Origin: Minisyncoccota bacterium
Lineage (GTDB): Bacteria > Patescibacteriota > Minisyncoccia > Phycocordibacterales > UBA9973
Direction of reading: 5' to 3'
DNA length: 64,000 bases
Assembly: GCA_041663005.1 (NCBI GenBank)
Contig: JBAZRK010000002.1
Location: forward strand, 740-64,739
Shown here one piece after another: positions 28,158 to 38,159 of the stretch. The notes beneath the pieces are model-generated. The model was not told where the DNA came from and made no database searches. It saw only the letters and a list, made by a program, of their open reading frames with translations. The position numbers and the translations under genes were made by a program. Every line of letters begins with the position of its first letter. Within the stretch, counting starts at the first letter, position 1.

Positions 28158-29192
28158 ATGCAAAAGAAAAAGGAGAAAAAAGAAGATAAAACTGTCGGAG
28201 AATCCCAACTTAACGACACCCTAAAAGCAATCCAAACCAAATTCGGCGAAGGGGCTATTATGAAATTCGGCGATTCACCAAAGGTGGACATCAACGTCAT
28301 TCCTACCGGCTCAATAGGTCTCGATATGGCCCTAGGCGTCGGCGGTATCCCCCGAGGGAGGATTATCGAGATATTTGGACCGGAATCTTCAGGTAAGACT
28401 ACTCTGTCTCTCCATATCGTAGCTGAAGCTCAGAAGCTCGGCGGAGTCTGCGCTTACATCGATGCTGAACACGCGATGGATCCGGAATACACCAAGAAGC
28501 TCGGGGTAAACATAAACGACCTCTTGATATCGCAGCCTGACAATGGAGAGCAGGCACTGGAAATAGTTGAAAGCCTCGTTCGAACTGGGAAAATCGATGT
28601 GGTGGTGGTGGACTCTGTCGCTGCCCTCACTCCCCGCGATGAAATCGAGGGTGATATGGGTGCTTACCACGTCGGCAAGCAGGCCAGACTTATGTCCCAG
28701 GCTCTACGTAAACTTACCGCCATCGTTGCCCGGTCAAAAACTTGCGTAATTTTCATTAACCAAATCAGAATGCAAATCGGCGTAATGTTCGGCAATCCGG
28801 AAACTACCCCAGGAGGTAAGGCGCTTAAATTCTATACTTCTATTCGCCTAGATATTAGGAAAATTGCCCAGATTAAAAAAGGAGAAGAAGTTGTCGGCTC
28901 CCGCACTCGAGTAAAGATAGTGAAAAACAAAGTCGCCGCACCATTCAAGCAGACGGAGTTCGACATCATCTACAATGAAGGTATTTCTAGGGAGGGAGAA
29001 GTAATGGCCTTGGGTGAGAAATTTAAAATTATTGAGAAAAGTGGGAATTCATATTTCTATACCCCTGAAGGAGCGGAGAAGATAAAGTTGGGCGTGGGCT
29101 ATGATGCCACTCGAAAATTTCTAAAGGAAGACAAGAAGGTCGCAGGGCAAATCCTGAAAGAAATTAAGAAGAAATTTAAAGACGAGGTGTAA
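28158..29192 (+). CDS. recA: Recombinase RecA
   Basis: [14 protein letters not shown] (Walker A), ...VVVDSVAAL..., and a conserved L2 loop region. Confidence 0.97.
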   Translation: MQKKKEKKEDKTVGESQLNDTLKAIQTKFGEGAIMKFGDSPKVDINVIPTGSIGLDMALGVGGIPRGRIIEIFGPESSGKTTLSLHIVAEAQKLGGVCAYIDAEHAMDPEYTKKLGVNINDLLISQPDNGEQALEIVESLVRTGKIDVVVVDSVAALTPRDEIEGDMGAYHVGKQARLMSQALRKLTAIVARSKTCVIFINQIRMQIGVMFGNPETTPGGKALKFYTSIRLDIRKIAQIKKGEEVVGSRTRVKIVKNKVAAPFKQTEFDIIYNEGISREGEVMALGEKFKIIEKSGNSYFYTPEGAEKIKLGVGYDATRKFLKEDKKVAGQILKEIKKKFKDEV

Positions 29193-29199
29193 TAAAACA

Positions 29200-29298
29200 A
29201 AAAAATATCTTTTTGCCGGTACGGATTTTTTGAAGCTTAAAAAATCCTGAAGTTTTCGCTCCGTCGAGCTCAAAACCCCTTAAAAAGATATTTTTTGT
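29200..29298. repeat. ~85-nt hairpin-rich repeat, copy 2, enclosed by perfect 15-bp inverted repeats AAAAAATATCTTTTT / AAAAAGATATTTTTT
   Basis: Downstream of recA. Matches the reverse complement of 12891..12973. Confidence 0.6.
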
Positions 29299-29335
29299 TA
29301 ACTGTGTTGATTTTATCATTTATTCTGGTAGTATA

Positions 29336-29923
29336 TTGCCTATGTCACAATTAGAATACAGCGAAATTCGAGAGAAGAAAATAATAATCCACGATGACGA
29401 GCCATGCGAAGTGGTAGAGTCTCACGTCGCCCGCACCCAGCAAAGGAAGCCCCAGAACCAGGTGAAACTCAAGAGTTTGATTTCCGGCAAGGTCTTCCCT
29501 GCCACATTTCACGTGTCTGACTCCGCAGATGAGGCGGATATCTCGAAGCGCGAGGTTACGTTCCTCTATCATAATAAAGACGAGTACTGGTTCTGTGAGC
29601 CGGACGACAAAAGCAAGAGATTTAAGCTGGATGAAATTTTGCTCGGCAATGCAGTAAAATTCCTGAAAGAAAACTCAAATGTCACTGCACTAGTCTGGAC
29701 CAATGATGATGACGAAGAGAAGATAATAAAACTTTCCATGCCAATCAAGATGGAACTCAAGGTCAAAGAAGCGCCCCCCGCTGTCCGTGGTGATACTTCC
29801 AAGGGCGGCAACAAGATTATCACACTCGAAAATGGAGCTACCCTAAACGCTCCGATGTTCATAAGTGAAGGCGATACTATCCGAGTCAACACCGAAACTG
29901 GAGAATACGTCGAGCGCGTTTAA
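29336..29923 (+). CDS. efp: Elongation factor P
   Basis: KOW-like N-terminal domain and OB domains. 195 aa. Typical EF-P length and sequence pattern. Confidence 0.9.
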   Translation: MPMSQLEYSEIREKKIIIHDDEPCEVVESHVARTQQRKPQNQVKLKSLISGKVFPATFHVSDSADEADISKREVTFLYHNKDEYWFCEPDDKSKRFKLDEILLGNAVKFLKENSNVTALVWTNDDDEEKIIKLSMPIKMELKVKEAPPAVRGDTSKGGNKIITLENGATLNAPMFISEGDTIRVNTETGEYVERV

Positions 29924-29926
29924 AAA

Positions 29927-29996
29927 AGACGTCGGACAACAGGAATTCTAGTTGTCCGACGTCTCTTCGTTTTTCACGGACGTCCAACGTCCGAAA
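29927..29996. terminator. efp terminator hairpin AGACGTCGGACAAC...GTTGTCCGACGTCT followed by a partial REP (CGGACGTCCAACGTCCGAAA)
   Basis: Perfect 14-bp stem. REP-related arms (GACGTCGGAC). Lies between the convergent efp and rpsR genes. Confidence 0.6.
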
Positions 29997-30001
29997 TTTA
30001 T

Positions 30002-30202
30002 CTATTTAACTACGAAAGGTAGAAGGCACATAAAGCGAGCATGCTTAACTGCGGCGGCCAGGGCGCGCTGATTCTTGGAAGTAACTCCAGAACGCTTGTG
30101 GCTCACTATCTTGCCGGAAGGATTTAGAAACTTTTTCAAAATTTCTACGTCCTTGTAGTCGATGTATTTTATATTGTTGGCTGAAAAGTAATCTTGTTTC
30201 AT
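30002..30202 (-). CDS. rpsR: 30S ribosomal protein S18
   Basis: ...YIDYKDVEILKKFLNPSGKIVSHKRSGVTSKNQRALAAAVKHARFMCLLPF. Confidence 0.9.
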   Translation of the reverse strand: MKQDYFSANNIKYIDYKDVEILKKFLNPSGKIVSHKRSGVTSKNQRALAAAVKHARFMCLLPFVVK

Positions 30203-30223
30203 ATTCTCTAGTTATCCTTGTTG

Positions 30224-30667
30224 TTAAAATGGTATATCTTCGGGGTTAATGTCTTCTTCGGGGTACTCTATGGTGTCAGCTTCCTGCTCTGTTCCCTTCG
30301 GTGCTTGGGCTGCTGGGGCTCCCCCAGTACTACCTCCCGCTCGTGGTCCGAACTGAGTGCGATCGGCAACTATCTCGGTGCGATATTTCTTCTCACCGCT
30401 GGTTTTGTCATCCCAGCTCCTCGTCTGCATCCGGCCTTCTACGAGTATTGAGCTACCTTTCTTCATATACTGAGCTACCGTCTCCGCTTGTCGGCCGAAG
30501 ACCACAACGTTGTGATAGTCGGTGGATTCTTGTCGGGCGCCGTTCTTATCTTTCCAGACACGATTGGTGGCAAGTGAGAAACTGCATACCTTAATCCCGG
30601 AAGGCAGAGAACGAATCTCCGGATCGCGGGTAAGGTTGCCTATTAGCATTGCTTTGTTTAAGTACAT
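30224..30667 (-). CDS. ssb: Single-stranded DNA-binding protein
   Basis: MYLNKAMLIGNLTRDPEIR... OB fold, Gly-rich tail, and acidic C-terminal ...DIPF. Confidence 0.93.
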   Translation of the reverse strand: MYLNKAMLIGNLTRDPEIRSLPSGIKVCSFSLATNRVWKDKNGARQESTDYHNVVVFGRQAETVAQYMKKGSSILVEGRMQTRSWDDKTSGEKKYRTEIVADRTQFGPRAGGSTGGAPAAQAPKGTEQEADTIEYPEEDINPEDIPF

Positions 30668-30692
30668 AAAAATTTAAAAGCTTACTAATAAT

Positions 30693-31199
30693 CTACACTG
30701 CTACCATCGCATCAATTTCTTTATCTATTTCTTCTTTATTTATCGGAGTTGCTGTTTCTACACCTTCTTCTTTCTGAGCTTTCGGCTTTCTCCCCATATC
30801 AGGGCGAATAAATCTCTTGGAAGCGATTGTATTTTCTTTAACTGTCTTTAGGAGCAAGAAACGGATGAGGGTTGGGTCGAGATCAAGCTTCTTCTTCATA
30901 TCTAGGACTTTTGCTGTATCCATTGTAAATTTGAACCAACCGAAATAAGCCACGTCGAATTTGTGACGGATATTCTGAATGACCTTCGTCATAGTATAAG
31001 CAAGAGGTATCTGCTTCGGCATTTCTTCCGACACCATAACTCCACCCATAGTGCTTATGAGCTCCTTAAGGTTGCCAAAGGCGACCGGCATATCTTCTTC
31101 CGACAGAGTTGGAACTAAAAGATACCCAAGCTCATATATCCGCTCGGTCGTATCGAGTTCATCTTTCTCGTTAAATTCTTCATTCTGCATAAATCCCAT
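30693..31199 (-). CDS. rpsF: 30S ribosomal protein S6, with a C-terminal extension
   Basis: YELGYLLVP... S6 core. Conserved rpsF-ssb-rpsR gene order. Confidence 0.8.
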   Translation of the reverse strand: MGFMQNEEFNEKDELDTTERIYELGYLLVPTLSEEDMPVAFGNLKELISTMGGVMVSEEMPKQIPLAYTMTKVIQNIRHKFDVAYFGWFKFTMDTAKVLDMKKKLDLDPTLIRFLLLKTVKENTIASKRFIRPDMGRKPKAQKEEGVETATPINKEEIDKEIDAMVAV

Positions 31200-31226
31200 A
31201 CTAGCAAAAAGGCCTTAAAATGTAAA

Positions 31227-31265
31227 CCCCCACACCTATTTTTTAGCTGAAATAGGTGTGGGGGT
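31227..31265 (-). terminator. Hairpin CCCCCACACCTATTT...AAATAGGTGTGGGGG (CCCCCACACC family), likely the tatD terminator
   Basis: 13-bp stem followed by a T-run on minus. Confidence 0.5.
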
Positions 31266-31281
31266 GAACCCCTCGGCTTAA

Positions 31282-32136
31282 TTAAATCCTGAATACCCTT
31301 TTCGCATTTTGAAATACAGCCGCGGCAACCTCTTCCTCTGGCAAACCTTTGATTTCGGCGATCTTTCTGACTACTTCGCATACGTGCCAGGGCTCATTGC
31401 GCTCGCCACGGTAAGGCACAGGGGTAACGTACGGTGAATCCGTCTCAGTCATTATCATATCTAGAGGAGTGGCTCGGATTACTTTGTCGTAATCCTTAGT
31501 AAAGGTGAGCACACCAGTAAAGGAGAGGGTAAATCCAAAATCAAGGAAGGCTTGTGCTTCGGCCATACCTCCCGCGAAAAAGTGCACGTCTCCCTTCACT
31601 TTCGAATGTTGTTTCAAAATTTCTAGTACGTCGAAATATGCATTTCTGCCAGGGATTGCCTGTGGTGAGCTTGTCGAACCATTCCTTATGTGAAGCATAA
31701 GCGGCTTGTTGAATTCATTGGCGAGTTCTATCTGAGCGATGAAAGCCTCTTTCTGCTTGGCAATGGAATCATCATCGCAACGATAATAATCGAGCCCGCA
31801 CTCCCCTATACCCAAGGTCTTCGGATCTTTCAAAAGTTCACGATAAGAATCCTTGTTGAAAACTTCCCCGCGCGAAGTAAATTCTTTACCGCCCTCGCCC
31901 AACTCTTTCGTATCGTGATACGAAGCTCCGGTGTGAATAGGATGAAGGCCCACGATGGCGTACGTATTTTTGTACGTATGGGTCATCTCGACCGCCTTCC
32001 TTGAGGTATCTATTTGCGTACCGACACTTATGACCAAAGTGTCGTTTTGCATTGCACGCTTGATAACGTCATCCCTATCAGCGTCGAAAGCTGAAAAATT
32101 AACGTGTCCGTGAATGTCTATGTATTTAGGAGTCAT
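31282..32136 (-). CDS. tatD: TatD-family metal-dependent deoxyribonuclease/hydrolase
   Basis: IDIHGH at the start, GECGLDYY, and conserved His/Asp/Glu positions. Confidence 0.88.
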   Translation of the reverse strand: MTPKYIDIHGHVNFSAFDADRDDVIKRAMQNDTLVISVGTQIDTSRKAVEMTHTYKNTYAIVGLHPIHTGASYHDTKELGEGGKEFTSRGEVFNKDSYRELLKDPKTLGIGECGLDYYRCDDDSIAKQKEAFIAQIELANEFNKPLMLHIRNGSTSSPQAIPGRNAYFDVLEILKQHSKVKGDVHFFAGGMAEAQAFLDFGFTLSFTGVLTFTKDYDKVIRATPLDMIMTETDSPYVTPVPYRGERNEPWHVCEVVRKIAEIKGLPEEEVAAAVFQNAKRVFRI

Positions 32137-32139
32137 AAA

Positions 32140-33588
32140 TTAATCTTTACGTAAAAATAGTGGCTGTTCGGGCTTTTTGTTTTCTTTGATAAGTTTTTTA
32201 AGTTTAGAATTGGTCTCGGGCATAAGTGGGCTTAACATTCGCGCTATGCGGTATAACTTTACAACCATCCCTGAAATTAATTCTTTCCCCTTTTCTTCAT
32301 CTATTTTTACAACTTTGAAGGGCGCTGTTTCTTGAATGGATTTATCGAGTTCAGAAATCTCGTTCCACACATTGTCTGCGGTCGCTTTAATATCAAATGT
32401 GCCTAAAAGTTCGAAATATTCTGTGAAATCATCTTGTTCGGGAATTTCGGGACACTTCTCCAAATACTTTTCTGACAAAGTCAAAATACGAGAAGCGAGA
32501 TTGCCTAATCCGTTCGCCAGACCAGAGTTATAAGCATCTTTAAATCTTTCGACGGTAAAGGGGCTATCTTCAAAATTTGAAATTTCTTTCGCCAAGAAAA
32601 AGCGCAGAGCGTCTGTACCGTATTCTGCAACTATCTCTTTCGGATTCACAACGTTCCCAAGAGATTTAGACATTTTTATCCCTTCCCCCGCCGTAATAAA
32701 TCCATCGATGATAATCTGGTAAGAATTTTTCACCCCCGCGGCCATAAGCATCGCCTGCCACATTGCGGACTGAAAACGGAGATTGTCCTTGCCGCAGTAT
32801 TGCGTCGGATTGCCATTGACCCAGTACTTTTCAAAATTTTCTAAATCATCGGGCCACCCAAGCGTCGAAATGTAATTCGTCAGGGCGTCAAACCAAACAT
32901 ACATCACATGCTCGGAGTCTCCCGGCACCGGAATCCCCCACGGCATCTTAGACTTCAGTCGCGAGATGGAAAAGTCCTGAAGCCCACGCCCGACAAAAGC
33001 TTTTATCTCGTTAAATCGAAAGTCCGGAATTACAAACGACGGATTTTCTTCATAAAATTTTAGAAGCTTGTCCTGAAATTCACTATATTTGAAAAAGTAG
33101 TTTTCCTCTTTTATCGTTTCTAATTGCTTCCCCGGATGGATTGGGCATTCGCCGTTTACAAGCTCGGTTTCGCTTTTATTTTCTTCACAGCCGACACAGT
33201 ACTTGGATTCGTAATTCTTTTTATAGATGTAGCCGTTGTCGGAAACTTTCTTCCAAAATTCCTGCGCTGCCTGTATATGGTGGGCGTCAGTGGTACGTAC
33301 AAAATGCATAATTTCTTCGTCCATACCGAATATCTGCACCGCATTCTTAAAGCTTACAAAACTCTCGTCCACAAATTGCTCCGGGGTCTTCCCCAAGGAT
33401 AGCGCCTTCTCGTAAATCTTCATCCCGTGTTCGTCTGTGCCGGTATTGAAAAACACTTCGAAGCCTTGCAACTTTTTCGCGCGGGCAATAATGTCCGCAC
33501 GCACAAATTCGAGCGCATGCCCCATATGCAAGTCTGCATTTACATAAGGCAAGGTTGTAGTAATGTAAAAACTATTTTTCTTGGTCAT
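32140..33588 (-). CDS. metG: Methionine--tRNA ligase (short form)
   Basis: LPYVNADLHMGHA (HIGH motif) and KMSKSLGNVV. Confidence 0.95.
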   Translation of the reverse strand: MTKKNSFYITTTLPYVNADLHMGHALEFVRADIIARAKKLQGFEVFFNTGTDEHGMKIYEKALSLGKTPEQFVDESFVSFKNAVQIFGMDEEIMHFVRTTDAHHIQAAQEFWKKVSDNGYIYKKNYESKYCVGCEENKSETELVNGECPIHPGKQLETIKEENYFFKYSEFQDKLLKFYEENPSFVIPDFRFNEIKAFVGRGLQDFSISRLKSKMPWGIPVPGDSEHVMYVWFDALTNYISTLGWPDDLENFEKYWVNGNPTQYCGKDNLRFQSAMWQAMLMAAGVKNSYQIIIDGFITAGEGIKMSKSLGNVVNPKEIVAEYGTDALRFFLAKEISNFEDSPFTVERFKDAYNSGLANGLGNLASRILTLSEKYLEKCPEIPEQDDFTEYFELLGTFDIKATADNVWNEISELDKSIQETAPFKVVKIDEEKGKELISGMVVKLYRIARMLSPLMPETNSKLKKLIKENKKPEQPLFLRKD

Positions 33589-34680
33589 TTAGGTGTTGAC
33601 GGATCGGGCCAAAATTTTATCTTTTTCAAGATCCGAAAGGTATTCCATAACCACAACCGCGACCGGGATGGCCAGCAGTACGCCCCAGAATCCGCCCAGC
33701 TCGTAGCCTATCAAGGCGGACAAAATGATAACTACCGGGGAAAGGCCGACGACGTGCTTGATGATAAGCGGAGTAAATAGGAAAATTTCAAATTGATGGA
33801 TAATGATGTAAGCTCCAGAGACCATAAAGGCACTCGCAAGACCACCCGAAATATAAGAAAACGAAAATGCCGGAATAAGCGCCACTAGAATTCCATAAGG
33901 CACTATCTCCATTACTCCAGCGATAATAGAAAGGAGGAGCGCATACTGGATGCCCAAGAGCGACAACACAAGGTAAATCAAAACACCAACCACCACCCCG
34001 AGCACTACTTGCCCCTTAATCCAGAAACCGATTTTGCGGCTGGAGCGGTTCCAGAGGTCGACAGCATATGCTTCATACTTTATCGGAACTATAATGCGAA
34101 GGAAATTTTCAATCCCCCGTTCCTGAATTGAAAGATAGAACGAAATTATGATTATCAAAACGAAATTGAATATGCCTCCGAAGGCAACTGAAAGAGTTGA
34201 GAAGAACCCGCCGGAGAGATTGGAGACGAAAGCTTTCGAAACAGAGAGCAGCGAGCCGACGGAGAGATTGTCGGAAATGGCACTGACTATGTCTTTTGCC
34301 CCCGAGAAGGCTTCATTCTGGAAGTAATTCAAGAAAGATACTCCTGGAATATAGGAAGAAAGGAAAGCTGAGAAATTGTAAATTTCGGTGATTAGGAGCG
34401 GGGCGAAAAGATAAAACAGTCCGGCAAGAAAGAGGAGGGACGTCGCATATAAAATAACGACACCGAGAATTCTCCCGATACCCACTTTTTTAAAATGTGG
34501 AATAGCCGACTCGACGAAAGATGCGAGTACTATCGAGGTCAGCACCACCATCAGCAAATCGCGCAAATACCACAGCAGGAAAACAATAATAAGCACTACG
34601 AGAGCGCGAATCATCGTACCTGTTGAGATTGAGAGAGTGGTAGTTTTGCCATTTTCCATCATAGGCACATCATACCACAT
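33589..34680 (-). CDS. AI-2E family (UPF0118) transporter
   Basis: About 8 TM segments and the typical AI-2E architecture. Confidence 0.75.
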   Translation of the reverse strand: MWYDVPMMENGKTTTLSISTGTMIRALVVLIIVFLLWYLRDLLMVVLTSIVLASFVESAIPHFKKVGIGRILGVVILYATSLLFLAGLFYLFAPLLITEIYNFSAFLSSYIPGVSFLNYFQNEAFSGAKDIVSAISDNLSVGSLLSVSKAFVSNLSGGFFSTLSVAFGGIFNFVLIIIISFYLSIQERGIENFLRIIVPIKYEAYAVDLWNRSSRKIGFWIKGQVVLGVVVGVLIYLVLSLLGIQYALLLSIIAGVMEIVPYGILVALIPAFSFSYISGGLASAFMVSGAYIIIHQFEIFLFTPLIIKHVVGLSPVVIILSALIGYELGGFWGVLLAIPVAVVVMEYLSDLEKDKILARSVNT

Positions 34681-34724
34681 TTTATAAAAATGGCTAAAAC
34701 TGGCTGAACTTTAGTTGGAAGATA

Positions 34725-35180
34725 TTAGCTATTGGAACTCTTCTTCTGCTCCATAAAAAGTATCTTGTCTTTTTTAAGAAGTTTAGAGCTCGTTTGATCG
34801 TGGAATGCTGCATCAGGCTGCCTTTTGTAGACACCTTCCTCTTTCTTGAAGAAAACTCTAGTATATTCTCCTGGTTTGTCGGGGTCTTGAATTACTAAAT
34901 AAACTTCCTCTCGATCTTCCCCCTCCATGATTTTCTTAATATCCTCTGGCCTTTTAGATATATCATCTACAAATGACTTATCTGGCAGACCGTAACCTTG
35001 GACAGAATAATCATTCCCTAAGTGCTCCAGAGCCGTCTGTATTGACTGTCCTTCACCTCCACCCTCTTGCGGCATTAAATGAGAAATCTTTTCTAGTGTG
35101 TTTAATTTAATTTTCCTTTCTCTTAGTTCTATCTGCTCGGGGATTTTTTTACCTTCTGGACCACGTTCTCCTGGATTCAT
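34725..35180 (-). CDS. Hypothetical charged protein
   Basis: 151-aa ORF lying in the operonic minus-strand run. Confidence 0.45.
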   Translation of the reverse strand: MNPGERGPEGKKIPEQIELRERKIKLNTLEKISHLMPQEGGGEGQSIQTALEHLGNDYSVQGYGLPDKSFVDDISKRPEDIKKIMEGEDREEVYLVIQDPDKPGEYTRVFFKKEEGVYKRQPDAAFHDQTSSKLLKKDKILFMEQKKSSNS

Positions 35181-35242
35181 AATAATTTTTATAATTAATT
35201 ATCTATTAATTGCGACCTTATAATTATACCACAAGCTCGAGC

Positions 35243-36514
35243 TTAGCGAAGTTTTAAGAGTTTCAAGAGCTTACTATTGTTCTTAAAAGGCCCAATAATG
35301 GCAAGGTTTAATTTGCTTTCTTGGAAAATCTCTTTAGCTAAAGCACAGACTTGCTCAGAGGTAACTGCCCGAATCTCTTGAGCCTTCTGTTCGGGGGTTT
35401 TTATTGCCCGCTTCAACAACTCTTCCCCGCCGTAGAAATTCGCAATATCATCACTCGACTCAAGAGAGAGCTTCATATTGCCTATCAAGTATTCTTTAAC
35501 TTTATTTAATTCTTCGGTAGATACTTTTTCTGTTTTTAATTTGGCACATTCTGAAATAACCGCGCGGATGACTTCTTCTATCCGCTTGTTGTCGACGCCA
35601 GCGGAAATTTGAAAAAAGCCGTGGTCAGTGTATGCATCGTTGTACGCTCGCACATAGTAGCCCACGCCCATCTCCTCTCTTAGCTTCTGGAAAAGACGAG
35701 AACTCATACCGCCGCCAAGAATTGCACCCAAGACTTCGAGTGCGGCGCTTTTCTTGCTGAAGAAATCGTGACTCCGCATTGCCAATACGAAATGCGTCTG
35801 ATCAGTCTTTTTGAATTTCACGAGTGTCGCCGGGCGGCCTTGCTTGTCTCCGGTCTTAATTTTGCCTTGTTTCAAGCGTCGCGGAGCCGCACCGAAAACC
35901 CTTTTCGCTTCCTTTACTACCTCTGCTTCAGGTACGTTCCCCGCCACTACCAACACTGTCGAATTGGGCATATAGTGTAGATGCTTGTAATCAACAAAAT
36001 CATTCCGCTTCATTTTTAAAATATTTTTCTTCTCCCCCGCAATGTTCCAACCGGCCGGCTGATTGCCATACAAGAGCTTCATAGCCAAGTCCTGGACGTG
36101 CCTGTTCGGCATATCTTCGTACATATTTATCTCCTCAATTATAACTCCCTTTTCTTTTTCCATTTCTGTTTCAGGAAAAGTTGAATTAAGATAAATATCC
36201 GACACGACATCGAAAATTTTTCTGAAATGCTTCGCTCCCGACTTCGCATAGTATCCGGTATATTCTTGGGCGGTGAAAGCGTTGTACTGGCTACCAAGCG
36301 CATCTAATTCGCGAGAAATATCAATTGCCTTGGGGCGCTTCGTCGTTCCCTTGAAGCACATATGTTCCAAGAAATGCGAGATCCCGTTATTCTTTTTGTT
36401 CTCGTATTTTGAGCCTGCCTCCACTAAGACTAGCACCGTAACAGTAGGGTTGTCTTGCATTGGCACTGTTACAATTCGGAGTCCATTAGGAAGGGTCTTT
36501 TTTGAAAACTTCAT
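35243..36514 (-). CDS. M16-family (pitrilysin/insulinase-like) zinc peptidase
   Basis: Inverted zinc motif HFLEHM (HxxEH). Confidence 0.85.
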   Translation of the reverse strand: MKFSKKTLPNGLRIVTVPMQDNPTVTVLVLVEAGSKYENKKNNGISHFLEHMCFKGTTKRPKAIDISRELDALGSQYNAFTAQEYTGYYAKSGAKHFRKIFDVVSDIYLNSTFPETEMEKEKGVIIEEINMYEDMPNRHVQDLAMKLLYGNQPAGWNIAGEKKNILKMKRNDFVDYKHLHYMPNSTVLVVAGNVPEAEVVKEAKRVFGAAPRRLKQGKIKTGDKQGRPATLVKFKKTDQTHFVLAMRSHDFFSKKSAALEVLGAILGGGMSSRLFQKLREEMGVGYYVRAYNDAYTDHGFFQISAGVDNKRIEEVIRAVISECAKLKTEKVSTEELNKVKEYLIGNMKLSLESSDDIANFYGGEELLKRAIKTPEQKAQEIRAVTSEQVCALAKEIFQESKLNLAIIGPFKNNSKLLKLLKLR

Positions 36515-36939
36515 ATTTTATCTTTGTATAATTTTATAAAATTCGGAAATTGAGAATGAAGGGGTGAAGGCAATGTATCTAGGTTAAACCACTCCACCGC
36601 GTCGAGCTTGTGCGGCTCGCCATTTTTAACTTCTGTTCGGTCCACTAAAACCTTAAAATCAAACACAAGCCAATGGGTTTTCTGTCCGGACTGCTCTCGG
36701 AAAACTTCGCGATAACCGAGAAATTCATATTTCAAGATTTCGGCAGAATATTCTTCCTTAATTTCTCTGTTTAGCGTCTCGAGGAGAGTGTCTCCGAATT
36801 CCACCCCTCCCCCTCCAGGGTCCCAACTACCGTGTTCATCGCGAGAATTTTTGCCGCGTTTGCTTAACACGAAGTTTCCTTTTCCGTCGTGGCAGAAATA
36901 ACAAACCGCTACACCTGGATAATCAACTCCTTGTTTCAT
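36511..36939 (-). CDS. NUDIX hydrolase
   Basis: NUDIX box GGGVEFGDTLLETLNREIKEE. Confidence 0.85.
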   Translation of the reverse strand: MKQGVDYPGVAVCYFCHDGKGNFVLSKRGKNSRDEHGSWDPGGGGVEFGDTLLETLNREIKEEYSAEILKYEFLGYREVFREQSGQKTHWLVFDFKVLVDRTEVKNGEPHKLDAVEWFNLDTLPSPLHSQFPNFIKLYKDKI

Positions 36940-38151
36940 TTATATCTTCTCTTTTAAGTACGAGGTGAGTTCAGATACTTTGACTCTTTCTTGCTCGCCG
37001 GTATCGCGGTCTCGGACAGTAACGGTATCGTTCTCTAGGGTGTCGAAATCAACCACGATACAGAAGGGCGTACCTATCTCGTCTTGGCGGCGATACCTTT
37101 TCCCAATGTTGCCGTTGTCGTCCCACGCCACCCTGCCGAACTCGGCTTTCAGTGGGGCAAAGACTTTCGTATTGGCATATTCTACGAGCTCAGGCTTGTT
37201 CTTGAGTAGTGGCGATACGGCGCAAATAACTGGCGCAATGCTTGGCTTAAATTTCAAAAAGCTGCGTGTTTCGCCATCCTTCTCTTCTTCTTCATAAACC
37301 GAAACCAAGAGCGCGAGGACGGCTCGGTCTACGCCCATTGATGGCTCTATTACGTGCGGCACCATCTTTTCCGCATTCTCTTCGTCTATATACTCCAATT
37401 CGTGTGTGCTTAAATCAAAATCGGTGCGATAGGCCAATCCGAAAAGTTCTTTTTTTCCGAAAGGAAAATCGAATTCAAAATCTATCGTCTTCTTGGAATA
37501 GTGCGCTCGGTCAGCATCGGGTACATCGAGTTCGTGGACACGAGCCATATCTAAGCCCACTTCTTCCATCCATTCAAGCATTTCGCCGCGCCAGTATTCA
37601 AAATATTTTTCCCAGTCGGCAGGACGAATAAAATACTCAATCTCCATCTGCTCAAATTCGCGCTGGCGAAAAAGAAAATCGCGTGGAGCAATTTCATTTC
37701 TAAATGCTTTACCTATTTGCGCCATCCCGAAAGGAAGCTTCGGGTGAAAAGCGTCCACCGTATTCTTGAAATTCACGAACATTCCTTGTGCTGTCTCAGG
37801 GCGCAGGTATGACGTCGCGGCTTCTTCCCCGGCACCAACCTGAGTTTTAAGCATTGTATTAAATTGTTTGCCATCCAGCGGATCGGCAAAATTTGCCACG
37901 TGTCCGGTAGCCTCCCACACTTTCCCGTTCATAAGTATAGCGGCATCCACTCCGTACATATCGCGCCTGTTGTCTACGAATTTCTTCCACCAATTTTGCT
38001 TGATATTATTTTTCAGCGCCACACCGAAATGTCCCCAGTCGTAGGTGCCCGCCAAACCTCCGTAAATTTCCGAGCCGGGGAAAATAAAACCGCGCCTTTT
38101 ACAAAGCGAGACAACTTTTTCCATTAAATTATTTTTTTCTGTGTTTGCCAT
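36940..38151 (-). CDS. glyQS: Glycine--tRNA ligase (alpha2 type)
   Basis: MEKVVSLCKRRGFIFPGSEIYGGLAGTYDWG... matches the GlyQS N-terminus. Confidence 0.8.
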   Translation of the reverse strand: MANTEKNNLMEKVVSLCKRRGFIFPGSEIYGGLAGTYDWGHFGVALKNNIKQNWWKKFVDNRRDMYGVDAAILMNGKVWEATGHVANFADPLDGKQFNTMLKTQVGAGEEAATSYLRPETAQGMFVNFKNTVDAFHPKLPFGMAQIGKAFRNEIAPRDFLFRQREFEQMEIEYFIRPADWEKYFEYWRGEMLEWMEEVGLDMARVHELDVPDADRAHYSKKTIDFEFDFPFGKKELFGLAYRTDFDLSTHELEYIDEENAEKMVPHVIEPSMGVDRAVLALLVSVYEEEEKDGETRSFLKFKPSIAPVICAVSPLLKNKPELVEYANTKVFAPLKAEFGRVAWDDNGNIGKRYRRQDEIGTPFCIVVDFDTLENDTVTVRDRDTGEQERVKVSELTSYLKEKI

Positions 38152-38159
38152 TTTTTTAT